Source: Patescibacteria group bacterium
GTDB lineage: Bacteria > Patescibacteriota > Minisyncoccia > Phycocordibacterales > Phycocordibacteraceae
DNA length: 64,000 bases
Direction: 5' to 3'
Assembly: GCA_040390125.1 (NCBI GenBank)
Contig: JAZJYZ010000001.1
Coordinates: forward strand, 6,428-70,427
Shown here: one piece after another, positions 49,376-57,957 of the stretch
Layout of the letters: every line of letters starts with the position of its first letter
How positions within the stretch are numbered: position 1 is the stretch's first letter
Program-made: the position numbers and the translations under genes
Notes under the pieces: model-generated
Database searches by the model: none
What the model saw: only the letters and a program-made list of their open reading frames with translations
Told to the model about the DNA's origin: nothing

Positions 49376-49855
49376 ATGACGAAGATCATTGCTATTGCTG
49401 CCATCGGGAAAAACCGAGGCCTTGGTAAGGACAACAGCCTTATCTATAAGATTCCCGAAGACATGAAGCATTTCCGTGATGCGACACTCGGGCACCCAAT
49501 CATCAGTGGGCGGAAAAACTTCGAATCAATGGGCAGAGCACTCCCTGGTCGACCTACCATTGTAGTAACAAGAGACACGGACTACACGCATGAAGGTGTC
49601 ATCGTAGTCCACACAATTGAAGACGCCGTAGCAAAAGCCAGAGAGCTCGACCAAGAGAAAATTTTTATTATTGGGGGAGGAGAAATATATAAAGCGGCAC
49701 TCCCCTATACTGACCAACTCGACCTTACGCTCATAGACGACGACAAACCAGCCGATGTTTTTTTCCCAGACTATTCAGAATTCACAAAAGTTATTTCCGA
49801 AGAAAAAAAAGAGTACGAAGGAACTTCGTACTCGTTTGTCATTCTTGAGAAGTAA
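49376..49855 (+). CDS. folA: Dihydrofolate reductase
   Basis: IIAIAAIGKNRGLG..D..L.....PED...F...T.G, GRKTFES-like (GRKNFESMG) and IIGGGEIYK motifs. Confidence 0.9.
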   Translation: MTKIIAIAAIGKNRGLGKDNSLIYKIPEDMKHFRDATLGHPIISGRKNFESMGRALPGRPTIVVTRDTDYTHEGVIVVHTIEDAVAKARELDQEKIFIIGGGEIYKAALPYTDQLDLTLIDDDKPADVFFPDYSEFTKVISEEKKEYEGTSYSFVILEK

Positions 49856-50136
49856 TCCCAATAAGGTTTAATAGAAAAAATCTACTCCACTGCCGGCTTA
49901 CCATTATCCCGAAATTCCCGATATCGTGGAGTCAAATGTGAAACAGGTTGAGGTAGAGGCGGGAGAGGATCCATTCTAAAATAAAGTGGATGATTTGCGT
50001 GTGGAGACCCCCACGAATTTCTTCCCGAATGATCCACTGGAACTAAATCACCTCCACCTTCTATAGCCAGAGAATAATTATCGTCCTATAAAAATAATCC
50101 GTCAAGAAATAACACTGAATGGGTTTGGTGAAATTT

Positions 50137-50874
50137 TTATAAAACACGCCCACCTTTCTGCCACTTCACGTTTTTCAAAAACGGCTCAAAAAGGTCTTCC
50201 TCTATTTTGGACGCAAAAAAATCCGTGCTTATGTGTTCCTGATCGCCAATGAAAGGGGCGTTCCGAATACGCACAATAGGTGTCTGCTCGTTCGCCTCCC
50301 CCATCACAAATGAGGCTGCTGCCGCAAGAGAGTCGGGAATGTTGGTCTGGCTTCCGCCGGAAGGAGTGCCAAGAATATCAATGCGGTTTTTATTGCTAAA
50401 CAAAGGTTCAAACCCAGCCCATGCAAGAGCAATGCCAACGACCCCTTTGCGGAGAAACACGCTCCGAGAGTCCGTCATAATGAGATACAAGTTTTTGATG
50501 TTGTACGTCTCTTTGAACCATTGTAAAAGTTCCTCGGCAGACTTCTGCGGATTTTCTGGCCAGAGAACATAGTACTGACCCAACGGATCAATACCCGCTG
50601 ACGGAATCAGAATACCGTTGGTTATGGTGTGCACTACAGCGCCGTCTCGCATGTCTTCACGGGGGAGAAACCATTCAGCTTCCTGTTTTACTAATTCGTC
50701 TTTCTTATTGAAATCCCGCTCGACACATCTTCCCTCATGGATTGAAACAACCTTTGAGGAAATTGCTACGACATCGCCTTCCTCGAGAGTAAGTGAAGAT
50801 GCTTTTATTTTTGAAAACAAATCGTCTTTCGGCGGATGAAGAATATCAATAGAAAATGCGGTGATTTCCATCAC
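50137..50874 (-). CDS. F420-0:gamma-glutamyl ligase (CofE)-family protein
   Basis: EGDVVAISSKVVSIHEGR near the N-terminus, and overall length and pattern of the CofE/FbiB N-domain family (PF01996). Confidence 0.65.
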   Translation of the reverse strand: MMEITAFSIDILHPPKDDLFSKIKASSLTLEEGDVVAISSKVVSIHEGRCVERDFNKKDELVKQEAEWFLPREDMRDGAVVHTITNGILIPSAGIDPLGQYYVLWPENPQKSAEELLQWFKETYNIKNLYLIMTDSRSVFLRKGVVGIALAWAGFEPLFSNKNRIDILGTPSGGSQTNIPDSLAAAASFVMGEANEQTPIVRIRNAPFIGDQEHISTDFFASKIEEDLFEPFLKNVKWQKGGRVL

Positions 50875-50976
50875 CGCATTGTGCCCTAAAAGCTGAAAGT
50901 TGGAAGGTAGGGGGTAGAGAGTGGAAGCTGGAAGCTAAACCCTAAACGCTAACCCCTAGCCACTAACCACTAACCC

Positions 50977-51396
50977 CTATTTCACATCTATACCCATCGA
51001 GCGGGCAGTGCCTGCGATGATTTTCATTGCTTGCTCAGTATCTTTGGTATTCAAGTCAGGGATTTTCTTCTCAGCAATTTCCTTGAGTTGTGCTTTTGTT
51101 ATTGAACCTGCTTTTACCGTAGGAACCTTACCCGAACCTTTCTCGAGTCCTGCCCATTTCAAAAGAAGACGTGACGCTGGAGAAACTTTGACAATGAACG
51201 TGAACGAACGGTCGTCCATGACGGAAATCTCAACAGGAAGTATGTCCCCCATCTGGTCTTGGGTTGCAGCATTGAACTGCTGAACAAACTGACCAATGTT
51301 AACGCCAGCTGGACCCAATGCTGTTCCTACTGGAGGCGCAGGCGTTGCCTTACCACCCGGAACCTGAAGCTTAATTTTCTTTACTACTTTTGCCAT
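50977..51396 (-). CDS. rplK: 50S ribosomal protein L11
   Basis: [29 protein letters not shown] is the L11 N-terminal signature. Confidence 0.92.
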   Translation of the reverse strand: MAKVVKKIKLQVPGGKATPAPPVGTALGPAGVNIGQFVQQFNAATQDQMGDILPVEISVMDDRSFTFIVKVSPASRLLLKWAGLEKGSGKVPTVKAGSITKAQLKEIAEKKIPDLNTKDTEQAMKIIAGTARSMGIDVK

Positions 51397-51411
51397 ATGC
51401 GTTGATGATAC

Positions 51412-51954
51412 TTATATTTTCTTAACTTGCAAAAAATCCAACTCGACCGGTGTTTCCCGTCCGAACATGGATACCAAGACCTTCACCTTACCCTTCTCCT
51501 CGTCAATCTCACCAATCCTGCCCTCCAAGTCTTTAAAGGGGCCATCTGCGACTACCACTGGCTCGCCAACCGCAAAGTCAATTTTGTGCTTGGCAACGTC
51601 CGTCGACATGCGCTTGAAGAGAATGTTCATTTCATCCTCTGTCAAAGGCACTGGCGTAACCCCAGAGCCCACGAAGCCGGTGACCCGAGGAGTATTGCGA
51701 ACGATGTACCAACTTTCATCATCGACGATCATGTCGACCAAAATGTAGCCTGGGTAAATTTTTTCTTCAATGGTTGTTCTCTTGCCTCCTACTACTTTTA
51801 TTTTTTTCTCAGTTGGAATAACCACGTTAAAAATCTTCTCCTGCATTCCCAAGGAATCAATGCGTTGTTTGAGGTTTCGGAGTACCGCATTTTCGTATCC
51901 TGAATATGTATGGACTGCATACCAGCCTCGTGTGCCTTCTGTTTGTTTTGCCAT
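51412..51954 (-). CDS. nusG: Transcription termination/antitermination factor NusG
   Basis: NGN domain ([14 protein letters not shown]) and C-terminal KOW ([22 protein letters not shown]). Confidence 0.9.
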   Translation of the reverse strand: MAKQTEGTRGWYAVHTYSGYENAVLRNLKQRIDSLGMQEKIFNVVIPTEKKIKVVGGKRTTIEEKIYPGYILVDMIVDDESWYIVRNTPRVTGFVGSGVTPVPLTEDEMNILFKRMSTDVAKHKIDFAVGEPVVVADGPFKDLEGRIGEIDEEKGKVKVLVSMFGRETPVELDFLQVKKI

Positions 51955-51958
51955 ACGT

Positions 51959-52150
51959 TTATTTCTTAAGAAGAATCAACTTTTCGAGTCCCAATGTGAA
52001 AATAAAATCAAATGCCCCCAAGAGAACCGCTACACCAATCGAAATCGCAATGACGAGCAAGGTGTAAAGGATGGCTTGGTTGCGAGTTGGCCACGACACA
52101 TGCGTGAGCTCGCTTCTAACTGCTTTGATGTATTCAACAAGTCTTTTCAT
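51959..52150 (-). CDS. secE: Preprotein translocase subunit SecE
   Basis: 63 aa with a single TM helix. [12 protein letters not shown] motif; position upstream of nusG. Confidence 0.8.
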   Translation of the reverse strand: MKRLVEYIKAVRSELTHVSWPTRNQAILYTLLVIAISIGVAVLLGAFDFIFTLGLEKLILLKK

Positions 52151-52207
52151 AAAAAAAGCCCTGCTGGGGCTTCTTTTAGACTATCATCAGTGACTTTTTG
52201 TGTCAAT

Positions 52208-52627
52208 TTATTCTATTCCTTCTATGGTTTTCGCAATAGGAAGACAGACGGCTACCGATCCTGCAACCCCCTTGCTACGTTCTTGGTCTACACATGCATC
52301 AAGCAACCTTTGGTATGCTTGTCGGGATCCATCACTTCTCCGTCTTGCAACCTCAATTGCCGCCTGTCTGCGTTCTTCGTCCGCTCGGATTTGTGCTCGC
52401 CTTGCATCTTCTGCCGCTTCACGCCGAGCTCTTGCCTCATTTTCTCGATCTTCTTGCTTGTTTCTTACGTATTCCTCAACTGCATTTCCTAAGACACCCC
52501 CCCAATCCGGCTCTGCATGTGCAGCTGGTGCACCCCCAAGAGAAAGTACTGAAGCAACAATAGCAAATCCCTTCCGGAAACCTTTACCTCGGGATATGAA
52601 AGTTGGAACAGGTGCAAATTCATTCAT
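52208..52627 (-). CDS. Hypothetical secreted protein with charged coiled-coil region
   Basis: Signal peptide KGFAIVASVLSLGGAPAAHA|E, then a highly charged Arg/Glu/Ala-rich helix (EDRENEARARREAAEDARRAQIRADEERRQAAIEVARRR). Start uncertain (ATG 52714 or 52627). Confidence 0.45.
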   Translation of the reverse strand: MNEFAPVPTFISRGKGFRKGFAIVASVLSLGGAPAAHAEPDWGGVLGNAVEEYVRNKQEDRENEARARREAAEDARRAQIRADEERRQAAIEVARRRSDGSRQAYQRLLDACVDQERSKGVAGSVAVCLPIAKTIEGIE

Positions 52628-52700
52628 GTCGAGTACGGTAACACTCCTTACCCATGATGTCAATAGCATCAAAACTATACGATGAATCGTATAGTTTTGA

Positions 52701-52729
52701 AAAAATTCCGGCATACGCCGGAATTTTCC
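52701..52729. terminator. Hairpin terminator (AAAAATTCCGGCATACGCCGGAATTTT)
   Basis: Perfect stem with A and T runs, 3' of the SIMPL gene, immediately followed by a (CTCTGAA)n tract. Confidence 0.55.
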
Positions 52730-52796
52730 TCTGAACTCTGAACTCTGAACTCTGAACTCTGAACTCTGAACTCTGAACTCTGAACTCTGAACTCTC
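52729..52796. repeat. Heptanucleotide tandem repeat (CTCTGAA) x ~9.5
   Basis: Read directly: CTCTGAACTCTGAACTCTGAA... perfect copies between the SIMPL gene and the promoter region of the secreted coiled-coil protein gene. Confidence 0.95.
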
Positions 52797-52797
52797 C

Positions 52798-53622
52798 TTA
52801 CCGTATCTCGTACGTCACCGAGACATTTACTACAATTTCGTTCTCTCCAGTTGGAACTGATATTTCAGGGCGTGGCGCAGTGGCACTGGCGCTCACTGCC
52901 ATGTCTTTTGCGTAGTAAATTGGAGATCCGCCGTTTTCAGAATAATTAACTACCCGCACCAAGCGGACACCAAGATCCCCTGCAAGACCTTTTGCTTGTG
53001 CCCGAGCTTTGTCTATTGCCTCTTTACGAGCCTCTGCTTTCAATGCATCTGGATCGTCAACGGAGAAGTTAGGGCCGTAGAGGTTTGTGACTCCAGCATC
53101 ACCCAACACTGAGAGGACTTTGCCGGTATCATCAATTTTTCGCACCGTTACTTCAACCGTCTCTGAAGCGGTGAAGCCAATTATCTTACTTTCTTGATTG
53201 TACGGACAAGGAACCCCTGTGTAGCAAGGCGCTGGTTGCGAGTAACGAGGTGAAATGTTGTATGAACTTGTCTGAATGTCTTTATCAGCAACCTTCAGAT
53301 CCTTTAAGAGAGCGAGCGCAACATTCACTTTTTTCGCCACACCATCTTGTGCATGTGAAGAGGTGTCTGCATCTTCAGAAATAGTAAAAGATATAGTGGC
53401 AATGTCTGGCACTGCCGACACCTTACCTTCTCCCATGACAGTGATGACGTTAGAAGGTGGCTCTGAAAGTGTATCGAAGTTGATAATTGCATTAACTGCC
53501 TTTGCACCAACAAAAATCGTTGCAACGATAAGAAACGCTGCAAATAATTTCATAACGAGTCGACTCTTGAGAAGGCCGTGATGATGCGGATGATCATGCA
53601 TGTCTTTATGTTCGTCCATCAT
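52798..53622 (-). CDS. SIMPL/DUF541 domain protein (BP26/OMP28-like)
   Basis: His-rich N-terminus, TM anchor, then the SIMPL pattern (VSAVPDIATISFTISEDADTS..AQDGVAKKVNVALALLKDLKV..DIQTS). Confidence 0.7.
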   Translation of the reverse strand: MMDEHKDMHDHPHHHGLLKSRLVMKLFAAFLIVATIFVGAKAVNAIINFDTLSEPPSNVITVMGEGKVSAVPDIATISFTISEDADTSSHAQDGVAKKVNVALALLKDLKVADKDIQTSSYNISPRYSQPAPCYTGVPCPYNQESKIIGFTASETVEVTVRKIDDTGKVLSVLGDAGVTNLYGPNFSVDDPDALKAEARKEAIDKARAQAKGLAGDLGVRLVRVVNYSENGGSPIYYAKDMAVSASATAPRPEISVPTGENEIVVNVSVTYEIR

Positions 53623-53848
53623 AGAAAATATATTAGTAGTATGAAATTAGTATAACACTGAGGTGTTTTGATAAAAAAGAGCGAATTTTAGTGAAAAACC
53701 GCCCCCTCCAATTAAGAAGACGTATGTCCACCTTCATTCTTACGGGCGCAAACGAGAAGGAAAGTGTCTGCGAAGTAGTGTTTTTGGGGCGGAGAGACGG
53801 AGGAAAGTTTTACTTTCATTCTGGCTCGACGAAGCAAAAACAAGAGTG

Positions 53849-54973
53849 CTAGCGAACTTTCTTCGAGTGACCCGCCCGAAAGGTTTCCTTACGCACCCTG
53901 GTAACGAGTACATAGGTTGCAATAGCTGTGGTTATAGGCACCGCAAGCACAATGCCAATACCGCCAATCATTGCCCGAACTATTTCGGTTGCAAAAATCT
54001 CTCTATTTAAAGTAGTTAAAAAAGATACATCGGGCGACAGCCTATAAAACAACAACAGAAGCGGGAGAGAGACACCAACATACGCAATAGCAAGCATATT
54101 AACGAGAGCTCCAATATGCTCACGGCCAATACGCAAAGCTCGTCTGTAAATTTCAAGTGGCGACGCATGAGGTGCCGCACGACTAAGCTCATCCACTGCG
54201 ACTGCCTGCCCTATAGATGCATCATAGAGAACACCGAGAAGACCAATTAAGACCGCACCTAACAAGAGTCCCGCAAAATCAATTGTGCCCGCAGTATCAA
54301 AATTCAAATACACTGCTTCGTCCGAGGCAAAGCCTGAAAGTCGGGTAAGACTAATGGCAAAAAACGCAAGCACCCCCGTGATCAGAATAGTTCCAACCAT
54401 ACCTACCACCGCACTCGTCGTTACTCTATTGAAGCCATGCGTGATATACGACCCAAGAATAATTATTAGAGACGAAACGCCCATGCTTACGAGAATTGGT
54501 GAGTAATTATGCAAAATTCCAGGAAGTAATAGATACGCAATAAAAAAGAAACTGAGTGCAAGTGCGAGGAGCCCCCGTATACCTTGTATGCCACCAAAAA
54601 TAATTACTACGAGAACAAAAAGACCTACAAGTAGAAGAAGCTGAGGAATACGATAGGGCTCGAACACAGCGTACGAATCAATACCTTCAGGTATATCGAC
54701 CGTGTGCAGTGCATAAAATTTCTCACCAACATTGAGGGCAAGATAGTCGTTTTGAACCGTTACCACTTCGCCCTTCCTGCTTCCCTCAAGTACCTCAGCA
54801 CGAAGAGTTTGGAACGTTCCCGCAACATCAGTACCAGGAACCGGACGCTCTTCTTGAAGTGTGATTGCAATCACTTTCGCAAGCTCAGTGGTTACATGAC
54901 TCTGCAACTCTTCTGCATATACGGGAATCGCACACGCTAGAAATAAAACGCTGACGAGAAACACCTTTCGCAT
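53849..54973 (-). CDS. YibE/F-family membrane protein
   Basis: Signal peptide, ~100-aa extracytoplasmic domain, then 7-8 TM helices with Gly-rich YibE/F-like helices. Confidence 0.55.
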   Translation of the reverse strand: MRKVFLVSVLFLACAIPVYAEELQSHVTTELAKVIAITLQEERPVPGTDVAGTFQTLRAEVLEGSRKGEVVTVQNDYLALNVGEKFYALHTVDIPEGIDSYAVFEPYRIPQLLLLVGLFVLVVIIFGGIQGIRGLLALALSFFFIAYLLLPGILHNYSPILVSMGVSSLIIILGSYITHGFNRVTTSAVVGMVGTILITGVLAFFAISLTRLSGFASDEAVYLNFDTAGTIDFAGLLLGAVLIGLLGVLYDASIGQAVAVDELSRAAPHASPLEIYRRALRIGREHIGALVNMLAIAYVGVSLPLLLLFYRLSPDVSFLTTLNREIFATEIVRAMIGGIGIVLAVPITTAIATYVLVTRVRKETFRAGHSKKVR

Positions 54974-54996
54974 ACATACAGTGTATCTCGAGAGAC

Positions 54997-55728
54997 TTAC
55001 ACACCGGCAAATTTAATTGCGACGTAGAGTACCCCCATTCCAAGAAGCGTCATTGCAGTCGTCAAAAACTTAGGATGGCCGTGATGACTTTCAGGAATGA
55101 GATCGCTCGCACCGATATACAAAAAGAAACCACAGAAAACCGAGAGAATAACGGCAAGTGCACTTTCAGGGAGTGTAAAAAATAATGTTGAAGTAGCCCC
55201 TAAGACTGGCGCAAGTGCGTCAACAATAAGCCATCGAAAAGCAAGCTTTTTTTCGCCTTTATTCTTAAGAATCATATTGACCGTATTGATGCCATCTGAA
55301 AAATCGTGGGCAAGCACTGCAATCGTCACTACGGCTCCTATCGCAACCGAAACCTGAAATGCGAGACCGATAGCAACACCATCAAGAAAACTATGCACAG
55401 CCAAACTCCCCGCACCGAGCAGGCCTCGACTTGACGAGCCATGCGAGTGCCCCGTGTGATCGTCGTCGCAGGAAAAAAATATCGAAATGGTACGATCGAG
55501 AACGAGGTACAGAACAAAACCTAATGCAACCCATGTGGCTATTGTTCCAGCATCGAAAAACTGAGAGCCAAGTTCCAAAGCTTCAGGAAGAAGATCAAAA
55601 AAAGCGACCCCAATAACAGCACCTGCACTAAATCCAAGAACGAGATGAAGTTTATCCTTAAAGCGGAGAGCAAAGAGTCCTCCTACCATTGTTGAAACAA
55701 ACGTAGCGAAAGCGATGAGTAAGATCAT
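54997..55728 (-). CDS. ZIP-family metal (zinc) transporter
   Basis: Eight predicted TM helices. A His-rich cytoplasmic loop (DDDHTGHSHGSSSRG) lies between TM3 and TM4. Conserved HDFSDG-type helix; ZupT-like topology. Confidence 0.7.
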   Translation of the reverse strand: MILLIAFATFVSTMVGGLFALRFKDKLHLVLGFSAGAVIGVAFFDLLPEALELGSQFFDAGTIATWVALGFVLYLVLDRTISIFFSCDDDHTGHSHGSSSRGLLGAGSLAVHSFLDGVAIGLAFQVSVAIGAVVTIAVLAHDFSDGINTVNMILKNKGEKKLAFRWLIVDALAPVLGATSTLFFTLPESALAVILSVFCGFFLYIGASDLIPESHHGHPKFLTTAMTLLGMGVLYVAIKFAGV

Positions 55729-55752
55729 GAAAAAATAAAATTAGTAGACCGC

Positions 55753-56181
55753 TTATACAGTTTGACATCTCCGACACATACCGAAGAACTCCATCGAATG
55801 AGAAATAATAGATCTGAAACTCTTTGATTTTTTAAGGACACCTTTTTCAAGACTGGTGGGTACACATGTTGTTATATCTTCAACCGTACCGCATCCTTGG
55901 CAAACGAGATGATGATGATGCTTTTTCCCTACAACAAGCTCGTAGTGAGCGTGACCGTGTTGCAAATCAACTTTCCGTACAATGCCGGATTTCACAAATA
56001 GTTCGAGACTTCTATACAGGGTCACCGTATCAGATACTCCTTGCAATTTGTTTTGTATTTCAGACACAGTTAAGGGCATCGAAGCCCCCCAGAGCACCTT
56101 GAGAAGGCTCATACGTGCAGGAGTTATGCGAGATCCTATCGTGTGTAACGTCACCCTGAAATCCGGCATGTTCATACTCAT
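55753..56181 (-). CDS. Fur-family transcriptional regulator (probable Zur)
   Basis: DNA-binding helix (RMSLLKVLW..TVSEIQNKL), HHHH metal site and C-terminal CxxC..CxxC (CQGCG..CRRC). Adjacent to the ZIP transporter. Confidence 0.8.
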   Translation of the reverse strand: MSMNMPDFRVTLHTIGSRITPARMSLLKVLWGASMPLTVSEIQNKLQGVSDTVTLYRSLELFVKSGIVRKVDLQHGHAHYELVVGKKHHHHLVCQGCGTVEDITTCVPTSLEKGVLKKSKSFRSIISHSMEFFGMCRRCQTV

Positions 56182-56276
56182 AGATGTCTATCGTAATGCA
56201 AACGCAAAAGTTTTGCAAGTAGTTGACGTGTAGTAAACAGATCGCATGGTAAGGCCGTGACTTCCATCAGTAAGAA

Positions 56277-56870
56277 TTAAGCGTGCACATACTGGAGGTC
56301 CGACAGAGAACCATTGACGTGGAAACTCTCGTCTGAAAAAGCAAGCGGGATTTGCGAATGGATTTCCCACGAGCGACCTTCTTTTTTTAGAATTGCAATC
56401 GTGTCGAATGTGGACTCGAAGCGAGGACTGAGTGTGCGGAGTTCACGCCAAATTCTCCTAAATTGCCTTCGGTCCAAAAATCGTGCGACAGATGCATGAA
56501 GCTTGTTCCCTTCAAGTGGATACGCTGGCATCCACGAGATATTTGTGTTTAGTGTATGAATGAGACGACGCACCAAGGACACTACCTCTCCACTCTTGTA
56601 GACGTCCAGATAAATAGTGCGAAAACCGAAACGCCCAAACCCATCAATAACAAGAGGTAGTGCAGGCTCACTTCGCACGAACGAGCGAAGTACCCGTTCG
56701 ACTTCCTTAATGCCTAACTCATCCGTTTCAAAGGGCGGTTTGATGGTGACGTGCGGGGGAATGCGCTCATGGAGAGGAGTAACTCGATACTTCAATGCGA
56801 GCCTGCGAGTCAAACCCGCATGATACTGCTTTGCGTCTCCTGAAAGGAGGTGGGCAATGAAGTACTTCAC
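56277..56870 (-). CDS. 2H phosphoesterase superfamily protein (LigT/ThpR-like 2'-5' RNA ligase)
   Basis: Two H-x-T/S-x motifs (PPHVTIKPPF and KLHASVARF) spaced ~80 aa apart. Confidence 0.65.
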   Translation of the reverse strand: MKYFIAHLLSGDAKQYHAGLTRRLALKYRVTPLHERIPPHVTIKPPFETDELGIKEVERVLRSFVRSEPALPLVIDGFGRFGFRTIYLDVYKSGEVVSLVRRLIHTLNTNISWMPAYPLEGNKLHASVARFLDRRQFRRIWRELRTLSPRFESTFDTIAILKKEGRSWEIHSQIPLAFSDESFHVNGSLSDLQYVHA

Positions 56871-56923
56871 TAACTACCAGTGTACCAATACCTAGTCACG
56901 CCAGCGAAACTCTGTGTGTATAT

Positions 56924-57925
56924 TTAAGTTTTTACTTTTTTATTCAAACGAAGAGACGAATAGTAAGCAGCGAGAACAAAGATTATTCCGATAGTACCCG
57001 TTACGATTTCCGGTACCTCTGTAAGTAGATTCACAAACATACTCATCGCAAGGCCAAAAATTGCCCAGTGTGCCCCATGTTCCAAAAACACGAGAGTGTC
57101 CAGAGTTCTTTGACGAACCATATAGATAGTAAGAGAACGTACAAAATACGCACCGATACCCAAGCCCACAGCAATCACCGGGAGTGCACTCGTCAACGCA
57201 AACGCACCAACCACGCCGTCCAGAGAAAAAGCCGAGTCCAACACCTCAAGATAAATGAATAGAGCGACACTTTGAGAAACCCCCGCAGAGGCCTCCATGG
57301 AAAATGCACTCGTTATTGCCTGCATGATAACGAAAAGAATGACACCAAAAACCCCGGAAACTAAAACAGTCGCCTGTGCCTCAGGAGGAACAAGAAATGA
57401 GAGTCCTGCAATAGCCGAGAGCGCAAGGATAATCTCAATCGCTTCAACACGTCCCCAGAGCGTTAAGTGTTTTTCAATGGCCTGTATCCAATGAGTTTTC
57501 TTAGTGCTGTCGAGAAAATATTTAAGTGCAACTAGAAGCAGAAACGCCGCACCAAATGAATGAATGGCATATGCGGATCCCTCCAAAAGCTCGCCATAAT
57601 GAGCTGGATTGAAGAGGGCCATTTCGGCAATGAAAAGAGGCGATGCCCACACGGCCAGAGAGACAATGATTATTGGAAGAAGGATGCGAGTGCCAAACAC
57701 CGCAATAAAAATACCCCACGTGAGAAAGCGCTTCTGCCACTTTTCATCCATTTTTGCGAGCACCCGTGCATTCACCACAGCGTTATCAAAAGATAACGTC
57801 ACTTCAAGAATAGTAAGCAATATCGCAGTGAAAAACGCTGCAAGACCGAGGTAGTACCACACGAACCCGAGAGCAACTACCGAGAAAAGTGCTGGGATTC
57901 CAAAAAATCGAGCTAACTGAAGCAT
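56924..57925 (-). CDS. TerC/DUF475-family integral membrane protein
   Basis: LEVTLSFDNAVVNA motif characteristic of the TerC family. ~8 TM helices. Confidence 0.55.
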   Translation of the reverse strand: MLQLARFFGIPALFSVVALGFVWYYLGLAAFFTAILLTILEVTLSFDNAVVNARVLAKMDEKWQKRFLTWGIFIAVFGTRILLPIIIVSLAVWASPLFIAEMALFNPAHYGELLEGSAYAIHSFGAAFLLLVALKYFLDSTKKTHWIQAIEKHLTLWGRVEAIEIILALSAIAGLSFLVPPEAQATVLVSGVFGVILFVIMQAITSAFSMEASAGVSQSVALFIYLEVLDSAFSLDGVVGAFALTSALPVIAVGLGIGAYFVRSLTIYMVRQRTLDTLVFLEHGAHWAIFGLAMSMFVNLLTEVPEIVTGTIGIIFVLAAYYSSLRLNKKVKT

Positions 57926-57957
57926 ATAATTTTCAAATAGTTTCTCTGCGTACGTTA

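Noticed and set aside
50930-50975. Telomere-like CCCTAAA/CTAACCC repeats
   Set aside because: Degenerate 7-mers (CTAAACG/CTAACCC/CTAGCCA/CTAACCA/CTAACCC) continuous with the surrounding AGCT-heptamer tract. This is a bacterial intergenic spacer between rplK and the CofE-like gene, consistent with the same heptamer-repeat family rather than telomeric DNA.
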